Shown: positions 35,802 to 45,644 of the stretch, piece after piece
How positions within the stretch are numbered: position 1 is the stretch's first letter
Layout: every line of letters begins with the position of its first letter
Assembly (NCBI GenBank): GCA_001916065.1
Contig: MNRS01000016.1
Location: 47 to 64,046, forward strand
Length of the DNA stretch: 64,000 nucleotides
Origin: Clostridium sp. 28_17
Lineage (GTDB): Bacteria; Bacillota; Clostridia; TANB77; CAG-508
Reading direction: 5' to 3'
Made by a program: the position numbers and the translations under genes
Notes under the pieces: generated by a model
What the model saw: only the letters and a program-made list of their open reading frames with translations
Databases searched by the model: none
Told to the model about the DNA's origin: nothing

Positions 35802-37559
35802 ATGAAAGCAATAGAAATAAGAAATAAATACCTAAACTTTTTTAAAAAACACGGACACGCTGTAATACCATCAGCTTCACTAATCCCAGAAAACGACCCA
35901 TCAGTACTATTCACAACAGCAGGAATGCAACCATTAGTACCATATTTATTAGGAGAAAAACATCCATCAGGAACAAGACTTACAGATTACCAAAAATGTC
36001 TAAGAACAAATGACATAGAAGAAGTAGGAGACAACAGACACTTAACATATTTTGAAATGTTAGGAAACTGGTCATTAGGAGACTACTTCAAAGAAGAATC
36101 AATTCAAATGAGTTTTGATTTCTTAACAAAAGAACTACAAATACCAGTAGAAAAATTATCTGTAACAGTATTTGCAGGAGACGAAGACTGCTCAAGAGAC
36201 GAAGTAGCAGCAGAATGTTGGAAAAAAGCAGGAATTTTAGATGGACATATCTATTATTATGGAAAAGACGACAACTGGTGGATAGCTGGAGAAGAAGGAC
36301 CATGTGGACCAGATACAGAAATGTTCTATGACACAGGAAAACCAGCCTGTGGACCAGACTGTCAACCTTCATGTGACTGTGGTAAATATGTTGAAATATG
36401 GAATAATGTATTTATGGAATATTTCAAAAGCAAAGATGGAAAATATTCAAAATTAGCTCAAAGAAATGTTGATACAGGACTTGGACTAGAAAGAATGACA
36501 ATGTTATTACAAGGAAAAGAAACACCATTTGACACAGAACTATTCAAACCAGTAATGGACAAACTATCAGAATTACAAAAAGTTGATAATATAGAAAGCA
36601 GAAGAATCATAGCAGAACACTTACGTTCAAGCATGATGGTAATTAGTGACGGCGGAAGACCAAGTAATGTTGACAGAGGGTATATTTTAAGAAGATTAAT
36701 TCGTAGAATGGTAAGACATATGAACAAATTACAAATCAATTTAGACGAAATATTAACATTAATAGATATCAATGTTGAAAACTTAAAAGAAATGTATCCA
36801 GATTTAGAAAAAAATCAAGAGTTAATCAAAAATGTAATAATTGAGGAAAAAAATAAATTTGTAAAAACACTTGCACATGGTGAAAAAGAATTTGAAAAAG
36901 AAATGAATAAAGCCAAAGAACAAGGAAAAACTAAAATAGATGGAAAAGTAGTATTCAAATTATATGACACATACGGATTTCCACCTGAAGTTACAAGTGA
37001 ACTAGCACAAGAAAATAACATGACGGTTGATATGAAAGAATTTGACGAACTATTCAAAGCACATCAAGAAAAATCAAGAATGGGTTCAGAACAAAAATTT
37101 AAAGGCGGACTAGCAGAACAAAATGACACAACAATAGCATATCATACAGCAACACATTTATTAAATGCAGCACTTAAAGTAGTTTTAGGACCAGAAACAC
37201 ATCAAAGAGGTTCAAACATTACAGTAGACAGAATGAGATTCGACTTTAACTGTGACCACAAAATGACAGACGAAGAAAAGAAACAAACAGAAGACTTAGT
37301 AAACAAATGGATTCAAGATGCAATACCAGTAACAGTAGAAGAAATGAAAAAAGATGAAGCAGTTAAATCAGGAGCAGAATGTATGTTTATTGAAAAATAT
37401 CCAGATGTTGTAACTGTTTACACAATAGGAAATGTTTCAAAAGAACTTTGCGGTGGACCTCATGTAAAAAACACAAGTGAACTTGGAAAATTCAAAATCA
37501 AAAAAGAAGAAGCAAGTTCAGCAGGTGTTAGAAGAATAAAGGCAATTTTAGAAAAATAA
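35802..37559 (+). CDS. alaS: Alanine--tRNA ligase, short form (585 aa: catalytic, tRNA-recognition and editing regions, with no C-Ala domain)
   Basis: IRNKYLNFFKKHGHAVIPSASLIP, FTTAGMQP, TYFEMLGNWSLGDYFK, DTGLGLERM, the editing motifs HTATHLLN and CGGPHV, ending at VRRIKAILEK. Confidence 0.85.
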   Translation: MKAIEIRNKYLNFFKKHGHAVIPSASLIPENDPSVLFTTAGMQPLVPYLLGEKHPSGTRLTDYQKCLRTNDIEEVGDNRHLTYFEMLGNWSLGDYFKEESIQMSFDFLTKELQIPVEKLSVTVFAGDEDCSRDEVAAECWKKAGILDGHIYYYGKDDNWWIAGEEGPCGPDTEMFYDTGKPACGPDCQPSCDCGKYVEIWNNVFMEYFKSKDGKYSKLAQRNVDTGLGLERMTMLLQGKETPFDTELFKPVMDKLSELQKVDNIESRRIIAEHLRSSMMVISDGGRPSNVDRGYILRRLIRRMVRHMNKLQINLDEILTLIDINVENLKEMYPDLEKNQELIKNVIIEEKNKFVKTLAHGEKEFEKEMNKAKEQGKTKIDGKVVFKLYDTYGFPPEVTSELAQENNMTVDMKEFDELFKAHQEKSRMGSEQKFKGGLAEQNDTTIAYHTATHLLNAALKVVLGPETHQRGSNITVDRMRFDFNCDHKMTDEEKKQTEDLVNKWIQDAIPVTVEEMKKDEAVKSGAECMFIEKYPDVVTVYTIGNVSKELCGGPHVKNTSELGKFKIKKEEASSAGVRRIKAILEK

Positions 37560-37564
37560 AAAAT

Positions 37565-37633
37565 CGGGATTGGAGACCCGTCCCCTAATCCCTAAAAAAT
37601 AATTAGGGATTAGGGGACGGGTCTTTAATCCCT
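37565..37633. repeat. Inverted pair of the palindromic element, in inverted-then-forward order
   Basis: CGGGATTGGAGACCCGTCCCCTAATCCCT at 37565-37593 and AGGGATTAGGGGACGGGTCTTTAATCCCT at 37605-37633. Confidence 0.85.
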
Positions 37634-37658
37634 AAAGAATAATTGAAAGGTGATAAAA

Positions 37659-38003
37659 ATGGAAGATTGTTTATTTTGTAAAATTATAAAAGGTGAAATT
37701 CCTTCAACAAAAGTATATGAAGATGATGAAATATTAGCGTTTAATGATATAAATCCAGCGGCTCCAGTTCATATATTGGTAATTCCTAAAAAACATATAA
37801 CATCATTAGCTCATATGGAAAAAGAAGATGAAGCAATTGTTGGAAAAATATATGGTGTTATAAATAAAATAGCAGATGAAAAAGGTTTTAAGGAAAGTGG
37901 ATATAGGGTTATAGTGAATTGTGGAAAAGATGCTGGACAAGAAGTTATGCACTTACATTTTCATGTTTTAGCAGGTGCTAAATTTGGAGATAAAATAGTA
38001 TAA
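37659..38003 (+). CDS. HIT-family (histidine triad) protein
   Basis: CLFCKIIKGEIPS and HLHFHVL are the histidine-triad motifs. Confidence 0.9.
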   Translation: MEDCLFCKIIKGEIPSTKVYEDDEILAFNDINPAAPVHILVIPKKHITSLAHMEKEDEAIVGKIYGVINKIADEKGFKESGYRVIVNCGKDAGQEVMHLHFHVLAGAKFGDKIV

Positions 38004-38133
38004 TAGTAATAAGCATAAGTACATTAAGAAACGAAGATTAACATAAAAAATATAAAAATTTGTAAAAAAATTGTAAAATTAAATTTAATATGTTATAATG
38101 TAATTAGAGTTTAAAAGTACGGAGGTAAAAGGT

Positions 38134-38811
38134 ATGTTTGAGAGTAAATATAGTAAAGTATTAACAGTAGTGTTAATAATAGTAATAATTGCAATTGTAT
38201 TGTTATTGGGATTTTTAGGATTTGATTATATTAAAAAATATAATTCTTCAAAACAGGCATCAGATTTTGTAGAAGATTATCAAGGAGATGTAACAACAAG
38301 TGAAGAAAATACAACAGATGATTCGAATGAAAATGTTGTATTAGATAGTTCTAATGAAACACCAATAACAAGTACAACAACAGGTAGTGGTTCAGGAAAG
38401 AAAAAATATAACGGATTTACAGTTGTAGGTACAATGAAAATTCCAGCAATCAATTTGGAATATCCAATAGTAGAAGAAGTATCAACAACTGCACTAGAAA
38501 AAGCACTAATTGCATTATATCCAAGTGGAGACAATTTAAATCAACCTGGAAACACAGTTATAATAGGGCATAATTATAGAAATGGAATGTTTTTCTCTAA
38601 TTTAAAAAAATTATCTAATGGTGCAAAAATATATGTAACAGATTATAGAGGAAAATCAGTAACATATCAAGTATACAATAAATTTGAGGCATCATCAACA
38701 GATACATCATTCTACACAAGAGATACTGCAGGATTAGCAGAATTAACATTATCAACTTGTACAGATGCAAGTAATGATCAAAGAACAATAATTTTTGCTA
38801 AACAAATTTAG
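38134..38811 (+). CDS. Sortase-family transpeptidase
   Basis: An N-terminal TM anchor, TVIIGHNYRNGMFFSNL (catalytic His) and LTLSTCTD (catalytic Cys). Confidence 0.8.
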   Translation: MFESKYSKVLTVVLIIVIIAIVLLLGFLGFDYIKKYNSSKQASDFVEDYQGDVTTSEENTTDDSNENVVLDSSNETPITSTTTGSGSGKKKYNGFTVVGTMKIPAINLEYPIVEEVSTTALEKALIALYPSGDNLNQPGNTVIIGHNYRNGMFFSNLKKLSNGAKIYVTDYRGKSVTYQVYNKFEASSTDTSFYTRDTAGLAELTLSTCTDASNDQRTIIFAKQI

Positions 38812-38816
38812 TAGAT

Positions 38817-38857
38817 AAAACAAAAGAACTTACAAGAAATTGTAGGTTCTTTTGTTT
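38817..38857 (+). terminator. Terminator after the sortase gene
   Basis: AAAACAAAAGAACTTACA pairs with TGTAGGTTCTTTTGTTT (one mismatch). Confidence 0.65.
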
Positions 38858-38894
38858 ATATACTAGGAAAGTTATACAACTTTCCTAGTATATA
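38857..38894. repeat. Perfect 17-bp inverted repeat
   Basis: TATATACTAGGAAAGTT-ATAC-AACTTTCCTAGTATATA. Partial copies lie at 38911-38935 and 35272-35290. Confidence 0.85.
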
Positions 38895-39101
38895 AAATTT
38901 TCAGATTTGTTCTAGGAAAGCTATGCAAACTTACCAATAGATATAATTACCCTAATGACGACGGGGAACGTACAAACAATAATTTTACGGATTGTGAATA
39001 GTAATTTTGTGCATGAACAAATTTACAGAATTTACAAAAAATACTTTAAAAAAATAAGAAAATGTTATACAATATACGAAAAGTAAAAAAAGGAGAAAGG
39101 T

Positions 39102-40788
39102 ATGAACAAAAAATGGCAAATATATGAGACAGATACAGAAGAAACAGAAAGAATAGCAGAAAAATACAAAATAAATGAATTGCTAGCGTCAATAATTGTA
39201 AATAGAAAAATAAAAGACGAAGACATAGAAAAATTTTTACATCCAACAAGACAAAATTTCCATGACCCATTTTTAATGCCAGATATGAATATTGCGGTAG
39301 AGAGAATAATAAAAGCAATAGAAAATAACGAAAAAACAATAATATATGGTGATTACGATGTAGACGGAATAACAAGTATAACAGTATTAAAAAGCTTTTT
39401 AGAAGATAGAGGACTACATGTAGATTCATACATTCCAAACAGATTAGAAGAAGGATATGGATTAAACAAACCAGCTATAGAAAAAATAGCACAAGAAAAT
39501 TATACTTTAATGATAACAGTTGACACAGGAATTTCTGGAATAGAAGAAATTGAATATGCAAATTCACTAGGAATAGAAACAATAGTAACAGACCATCACG
39601 AAGTTGGAGATAAATTGCCAAAAGCACTTGCTGTAGTTGATGCAAAAAGAAAAGACAATCAATATCCTTGCAGAGATTTGGCGGGAGTTGGTGTTGTATT
39701 TAAATTAATACAAGCATTGCGGAAAAAAATTAGAATTAGACGAAAAAGAATACTTAAAATACTTAGACATTGTGTGTGTTGGAACAATATCAGATATAGT
39801 ACCATTAGTTGATGAAAATAGAGTTATAACAAAATTAGGATTATTACTTGTAGCGCAAACAAAAAATATGGGACTAAAGTCATTACTTATGTCTTCAGGA
39901 TATAAAAATCTTGACTCAACAACTATATCTTTTGGGGTTGCACCAAGAATAAATGCGTGTGGAAGAATGGGACATGCAGACGAGGCGTTGAAACTATTTT
40001 TATCAAAAGATATTTACGAAGTAAATGAACTAACAAAGAAATTAAACGATTATAATAAAATGAGACAAGAAAAAGAAAAATCAATTTATGAAGATGCAGT
40101 AAATCAAATTGAAAAGAACAAGTTATATGAAAATTGTGCAATAGTTGTTGGCGGAGATAATTGGCATCATGGAGTTATTGGAATTGTATCTTCAAAAATA
40201 ACAGATTTGTATTTTAAACCAAGTATTTTATTGTGTTATGACAATGAATTGGCAAAAGGCTCAGGTAGAAGCATTCCAGGTTTTGACTTGCATGATGCAC
40301 TAATGAAATGCCAAGATACAATTGAAAAATTTGGTGGACACAGTATGGCAATAGGAATTACAATAAAAAAAGACAATTTTGACAAGTTTGCAAATGAACT
40401 TGAACAAATTGCAAAAGATTCAAAAATAGATGAGATAGTTCCTATTATAAATGTTGATGCAAAAATCAATTTAAATGAAGTAAATAGAGAAACTGTTGAA
40501 AGTTTGAAACAACTCGAACCATTTGGTGAAGGAAATAAGACACCAATATTTGCGTTGAAAAATCTGAAAGTTGATTCTATTAGAAGTTTGTCAGAAGGCA
40601 AACATATAAAAATGACTTTGAAAGATGGCAATTCTGTAGTAAATGCAATAGGTTTTAATTTAGGTTATTTAGCAGATGAATATAGAATTGGTGACAAGAT
40701 TGATGTTGTTGGAACTTTGGAAATTAATAGTTTTAATGGTGTTGATAGTTTACAAATTAATGTTAAAGATGTTATGAAGTCAATATAA
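39102..40788 (+). CDS. recJ: Single-stranded-DNA-specific exonuclease RecJ, split by a frameshift at an A7 run
   Basis: IYGDYDVDGITS, VTDHH and the DHHA1 region GGHSMAIG. The ORFs 39102-39812 and 39772-40788 join if one A is removed from 39723-39729. Confidence 0.9.
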
Positions 40789-40792
40789 AAAG

Positions 40793-40822
40793 CTGTCAAA
40801 AGGGACGGACCCTTTTGACAAC
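40793..40822. terminator. Bidirectional hairpin between convergent genes
   Basis: GTCAAAAGGG-ACGGA-CCCTTTTGAC, a perfect 10-bp stem. Confidence 0.7.
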
Positions 40823-40830
40823 TTTAGTGG

Positions 40831-41076
40831 TTAGTCTTCTGGATCTTCATATTTTCCAACTTTGTAAATGTCAATAAAATTAGCTACTATTCCAAGTACG
40901 GAGAATACTAGTGAAATAGAAAGAAGAAAAATGAGTACTCCAAAATCACTTGATAAAATCCTGAAAACGAGGAGAAAACTAAATGTTACAATGCCTGCAA
41001 CATTTAATAAACTCCAAGCAGTAAAGATTAAACCATAAACCAACCGTAATTTTCCTGAATCTGACATAATTGACAT
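40831..41076 (-). CDS. Small membrane protein (about 81 aa)
   Basis: The ATG follows AAGGAGA on the minus strand (MSIMSDSGKL...). There are two or three hydrophobic helices. Confidence 0.5.
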   Translation of the reverse strand: MSIMSDSGKLRLVYGLIFTAWSLLNVAGIVTFSFLLVFRILSSDFGVLIFLLSISLVFSVLGIVANFIDIYKVGKYEDPED

Positions 41077-41234
41077 AATGTCTCCTTTCATATGTTTGCT
41101 AAATAAGCTTTAGCATGTTAATGGTTATAAAATTTAAATAGAGTATAGCACAATTTACATAAATAGTCAATTGAGCTTTGAAAAAAATTTCTGTCAAAAA
41201 GGGGCGTCCCTATTGACAAAAAGGGGGGAATAAA

Positions 41235-43427
41235 TTGAAAGAAAATAGTAAAGAAATAACAATACAAGATGTAATATCAAAAAAGAAAGAAACAAGCAGA
41301 AGAGTAGATACAAAATTAATAATGAAAGCATATAACTATGCAGTAGAACACCATGGAGAACAAAAAAGAAGGTCTGGAGAACCATATATAATACATCCAT
41401 TAAATGTAGCATACATATTGGCAGGAGTAGGATTAGATGAAGCAACAATATGTGCAGCATTATTACATGACGTTGTAGAGGACACAGATGCAACAGATGC
41501 AGATTTAAGAAAAGACTTTGGCGATGAAATTGCAGATATGGTTGCAGGTGTTACAAAATTAGAAACAATGCAATTTACAACTGTTGAAGAACAACAAGTT
41601 GAAGATTACAGAAAAATGTTTTTGGCAATGGGAAAAGATATCAGAGTTATAATATTGAAAATTGCAGATAGACTTCACAACATGAGAACATTAAAATATC
41701 TAAAAAGAGATAGACAAATTGCAAATGCAAAAGAAACAATGGAAATATATGCACCACTTGCAAACCGTTTAGGTCTATATTCAATGAAATGGGAATTAGA
41801 AGATTTATCTTTTAAATATTTATATCCAGAAGAATATCATGAATTAGTTGAAGGAATAAACAAAAAGAGAGAAGAAAGATTAAAATTCATAGAAAAAATA
41901 ATGGCAGACATACGAGTTCAACTAAAAAAACAACATATTGATGCAGAAGTAACAGGTCGTGCAAAACATTTATATAGTATATATAGAAAAATGAAAAGAG
42001 ACAACAAAACATTAGATCAAATATATGACCTATTCGCATTGCGTATATTAGTCAATTCAATAAAAGACTGTTATGCAGCACTTGGAGTTGTACATGAGAT
42101 GTATAGTCCAATGCCAGGAAGATTTAAGGACTATATAGCAGTACCAAAACCAAATATGTATCAATCAATACATACAACATTATTAGGTGACAAAGGAACA
42201 CCATTTGAAGTGCAAATTCGTACATGGGATATGCACAGAATTGCAGAATATGGTATTGCGGCACACTGGGCATATAAAGAAGCAAGTTACTTTGGAAAAA
42301 AACAATCAGTAAAAGTAGAAGAAGACAAACTTGCTTGGCTTAGAGAATCATTGGAATGGCAAAAAGATATGCAAGATCCACAAGAATTTTTGACAACATT
42401 AAAAACTGAATTATTTGAAGATGAAGTTTATGTATTTACACCAAAAGGAGCAATAAAAATATTACCAAGAAATGCAACTCCAATAGACTTTGCATATAGT
42501 ATACACGAAGAAATTGGAAACCATATGACAGGATGTAAAATAAATAGTAAAATGATGCCAATTATAACGCCATTAAAAAGCGGAGATATCATTGAGATAA
42601 TTACATCAGACAATTCAAAAGGACCAAGTAGAGATTGGCTTAAATTTGTAAAAAGTACAAAAGCCAAAAACAAAATAAATGGATGGTTCAAAAAAGCAGA
42701 AAAATCAGAAAATATTGAAAAAGGAAAAGACTTAATAGAAAAAGAGATTAAGAGAATTGGAATGTCACATGTAGAGTTATTTAAGCAAGAATATATTGAT
42801 GCAATGCTAGATAGATATAAATATAAGAATCTTGAAGATATGTATGCAGCAGTTGGATTTGGAGCAAATTCTGCAGTAAAAGTAATAGCAAGAATGCTAC
42901 AAGAATATAGAAAAGAACATCAGGAAGAAAATGTTGAAGAAAAAATTGAAGAATTAAGAAAACAAAAAGAAAGTAAACAAAAACCATCAAGTTCAGGAGT
43001 TGTTGTAGAAGGAATAGATAATTGCTTAGTAAAACTTTCAAAATGTTGCAATCCATTACCAGGAGACGAAATAATAGGATACATCACAAAAGGAAGAGGC
43101 GTATCAGTTCATAGAAAAGACTGTGTAAATGTAAAAGATTTGTTAACAGAAGAAAATAGAATAATAGATGTTAAATGGTATGAAGAGGCAAAAGAAAATT
43201 ATAATGTTACATTAGAAGTTTTGGCAAATGACAGAAAAGGTCTATTGGTTGATATTCTAAATACTGTTAAGGAAACTAAGGCAAATCTTATGGGAGTTAG
43301 TACAAAAACTACTAAGGAGAGAATAGCAATTATGGATATTGACCTTGAAGTTGAGAATATTGAAGAATTGAATAAAGTCATTAGAAATATTAAGAAGGTT
43401 GATAGTGTTTACGAGGTTAGGAGATAA
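41235..43427 (+). CDS. relA: Bifunctional (p)ppGpp synthetase/hydrolase (RelA/SpoT homolog)
   Basis: An HD domain (HPLNVAYILA...LHDVVEDT), the synthetase region (YIAVPKPNMYQSIHTT), and TGS and ACT regions. TTG start after AAGGGGGG. Confidence 0.95.
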   Translation: MKENSKEITIQDVISKKKETSRRVDTKLIMKAYNYAVEHHGEQKRRSGEPYIIHPLNVAYILAGVGLDEATICAALLHDVVEDTDATDADLRKDFGDEIADMVAGVTKLETMQFTTVEEQQVEDYRKMFLAMGKDIRVIILKIADRLHNMRTLKYLKRDRQIANAKETMEIYAPLANRLGLYSMKWELEDLSFKYLYPEEYHELVEGINKKREERLKFIEKIMADIRVQLKKQHIDAEVTGRAKHLYSIYRKMKRDNKTLDQIYDLFALRILVNSIKDCYAALGVVHEMYSPMPGRFKDYIAVPKPNMYQSIHTTLLGDKGTPFEVQIRTWDMHRIAEYGIAAHWAYKEASYFGKKQSVKVEEDKLAWLRESLEWQKDMQDPQEFLTTLKTELFEDEVYVFTPKGAIKILPRNATPIDFAYSIHEEIGNHMTGCKINSKMMPIITPLKSGDIIEIITSDNSKGPSRDWLKFVKSTKAKNKINGWFKKAEKSENIEKGKDLIEKEIKRIGMSHVELFKQEYIDAMLDRYKYKNLEDMYAAVGFGANSAVKVIARMLQEYRKEHQEENVEEKIEELRKQKESKQKPSSSGVVVEGIDNCLVKLSKCCNPLPGDEIIGYITKGRGVSVHRKDCVNVKDLLTEENRIIDVKWYEEAKENYNVTLEVLANDRKGLLVDILNTVKETKANLMGVSTKTTKERIAIMDIDLEVENIEELNKVIRNIKKVDSVYEVRR

Positions 43428-43476
43428 TTGTTGGAAAAGAATTATAGGTAATATTTGAGAGGAATGAAAGAAAAAT

Positions 43477-44127
43477 ATGATTTTAAAAGAACTAAAGATA
43501 GACACCTGGATAGGTGACCCAACAAATTGCTATGTGATATTTGATGAAGATAGCAAAGAAATAATGGTAATAGACCCAGCAGGTGATATAGATAAAATTG
43601 AGGATTTAATAAAAAATGTATTTAAAGGAAAATTAAAATATATTTATTTAACACATTGCCACGGGGACCATATTGCAGGTGTAAACGAGTTAAAAAGACG
43701 TTGTGGTGGCAAAATATTAATTCATAGAATTGATAGTGAAGGACTAAACAATGTTGATATTAATTTGTCTGAATATATTGGACTACCAGATATAGAGTTA
43801 GAAGCGGATTCAAGAGTTGATGATAATGATTTAATACATTTAGGTGATTTAGAATTTAGAGTAATTCATACACCTGGTCATACTGCAGGAAGTACATCAC
43901 TTTACTGTGAAAAAGAAAAATGTTTATTTTCAGGTGACACAATTTTTGCCGGAACATGGGGAAGAACAGATTTACCTACTTCTAGTAGAGAAGCAATAAT
44001 GAATTCAATAGTTAATAAAATATTAAATTTGCCTGATGATACTTTTATTTATCCAGGACATGGAAAGGCAACAATGCTAAAAGATGAAAAACCAATTTAT
44101 CTTGAATTAAAGCCTAAAATGTGGTAA
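43477..44127 (+). CDS. MBL-fold metallo-hydrolase (glyoxalase II-like)
   Basis: The THCHGDHIAG motif, plus HTPGHT. Confidence 0.85.
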   Translation: MILKELKIDTWIGDPTNCYVIFDEDSKEIMVIDPAGDIDKIEDLIKNVFKGKLKYIYLTHCHGDHIAGVNELKRRCGGKILIHRIDSEGLNNVDINLSEYIGLPDIELEADSRVDDNDLIHLGDLEFRVIHTPGHTAGSTSLYCEKEKCLFSGDTIFAGTWGRTDLPTSSREAIMNSIVNKILNLPDDTFIYPGHGKATMLKDEKPIYLELKPKMW

Positions 44128-44140
44128 AATATAAAAAAAT

Positions 44141-44169
44141 CGGGATTGGGGGACGGGTCTTCAATCCCG
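44141..44169 (+). repeat. Single CGGGATT-N15-AATCCCG element
   Basis: CGGGATTGGGGGACGGGTCTTCAATCCCG, flanked by A-runs. There is no T-tract on the + strand. Confidence 0.85.
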
Positions 44170-44193
44170 AAAAAATAGAGAGAGGATATAATT

Positions 44194-45498
44194 ATGAGCA
44201 AAACAGAACCAAGAACATTGGCAGGTTTTATGGAATTAATGCCAAATGAACAAATATTATTTGAACAAATAAAACAAAAAATAGAAAAAACATATCAAAA
44301 ATTTGGATTTTTACCACTAGATACACCAATACTAGAACTATCAGAGGTATTGCTTGCAAAAGCTGGTGGAGAAACAGAAAAACAAATATACAGATTTGAA
44401 AAAGGTGATACAGACATATCAATGAGATTTGATTTAACGGTACCACTTGCAAAATATGTAGCAAAAAATTATGGGAATTTAAGTTTTCCATTTAGAAGAT
44501 ATCAAATTGGAAAAGTATATCGTGGAGAAAGAACGCAAAAAGGAAGATTTCGTGAATTTTATCAATGTGATATAGATATTATTGGTGATGGAGAATTAAG
44601 CGTAATTAATGATGCAGAACTACCAAGTGTTATTTATAATGTATTTAAAGAATTAGGATTTGATGATTTTACAATAAAAATAAACAACAGAAAATTATTT
44701 AATGGTTTGTTTGAAAGTTTAAATCAAAAAGAAAATGCAGTTGAAATTCTTAGAATAATAGACAAAATAGAAAAGATAGGAAAAGAAGCAGTAATAGAAG
44801 AATTAGAAAAAATTGGAGTTCCAACAGAATCAATAAATAAAATATTAGATTTTATTGAAATTGATGGAACAACAGATGAAAAATTGCAAAAACTTGGAGA
44901 TTTAAAAATTGAAAATGAAGCATTCAAAATAGGACTTGAAGAACTTACAGAAGTTGTTAAATATGTAAGATTATTTGGAATTCCAGATAACAACTTCAAA
45001 GTTGATTTAACAATTGCTAGAGGTCTTGATTATTATACAGGAACAGTGTATGAAACATTTTTAAATGAATATAGAGAACTTGGAAGTGTATGTTCTGGTG
45101 GTAGATATGAGAATTTAGCAGAACATTATACTGATAAAAAATTGCCAGGTGTTGGAATTTCAATTGGTTTGACTAGATTGTTCTACAAGTTAAATGAATT
45201 GAATTTAATAAAAGCGGATAAAAAATCAATTGCGGAAGTTTTAGTAGTTCCAATGGTTGATGATATGACAGTTCCAATTAAATTGGCAAGTGATTTAAGA
45301 AAAAATGGCATTAATACTGAAATATTCTTGAATGATAAAAAATTAAAGGCTAAAATGAAATATGCCGATAAACTTGAAATCCCTTATGTTATTGTAGTTG
45401 GCGAAGATGAGGTTAATTCTGGTGTTGTTAAGGTTAAAAATATGAAAACAGGGGAGCAAATAGAAAGTTCTATTGAGGATGTTTATAAGGTATTTTAA
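44194..45498 (+). CDS. hisS: Histidine--tRNA ligase
   Basis: The class II HisRS pattern (RFDLTVPLAKYV, YQIGKVYRGERTQKGRFREFYQCD, GGRYENL) and a C-terminal anticodon-binding domain. Confidence 0.88.
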   Translation: MSKTEPRTLAGFMELMPNEQILFEQIKQKIEKTYQKFGFLPLDTPILELSEVLLAKAGGETEKQIYRFEKGDTDISMRFDLTVPLAKYVAKNYGNLSFPFRRYQIGKVYRGERTQKGRFREFYQCDIDIIGDGELSVINDAELPSVIYNVFKELGFDDFTIKINNRKLFNGLFESLNQKENAVEILRIIDKIEKIGKEAVIEELEKIGVPTESINKILDFIEIDGTTDEKLQKLGDLKIENEAFKIGLEELTEVVKYVRLFGIPDNNFKVDLTIARGLDYYTGTVYETFLNEYRELGSVCSGGRYENLAEHYTDKKLPGVGISIGLTRLFYKLNELNLIKADKKSIAEVLVVPMVDDMTVPIKLASDLRKNGINTEIFLNDKKLKAKMKYADKLEIPYVIVVGEDEVNSGVVKVKNMKTGEQIESSIEDVYKVF

Positions 45499-45513
45499 AA
45501 TTATTTAAAAAAT

Positions 45514-45546
45514 AAATGAGGTAGAAATTTCTATCTCATTTTTTTG
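45514..45546 (+). terminator. Rho-independent terminator after hisS
   Basis: AAATGAGGTAGAAAT pairs with ATTTCTATCTCATTT (one mismatch), then TTTTT. Confidence 0.75.
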
Positions 45547-45644
45547 ATTAGTTACTTTGTATAAAAATTTACAAAAAGGGGTATTCAATTTCAAAAATAT
45601 ATGATAGAATACGCTTAAGAAAAAAACTAAGGAGAGTGAAAAAA

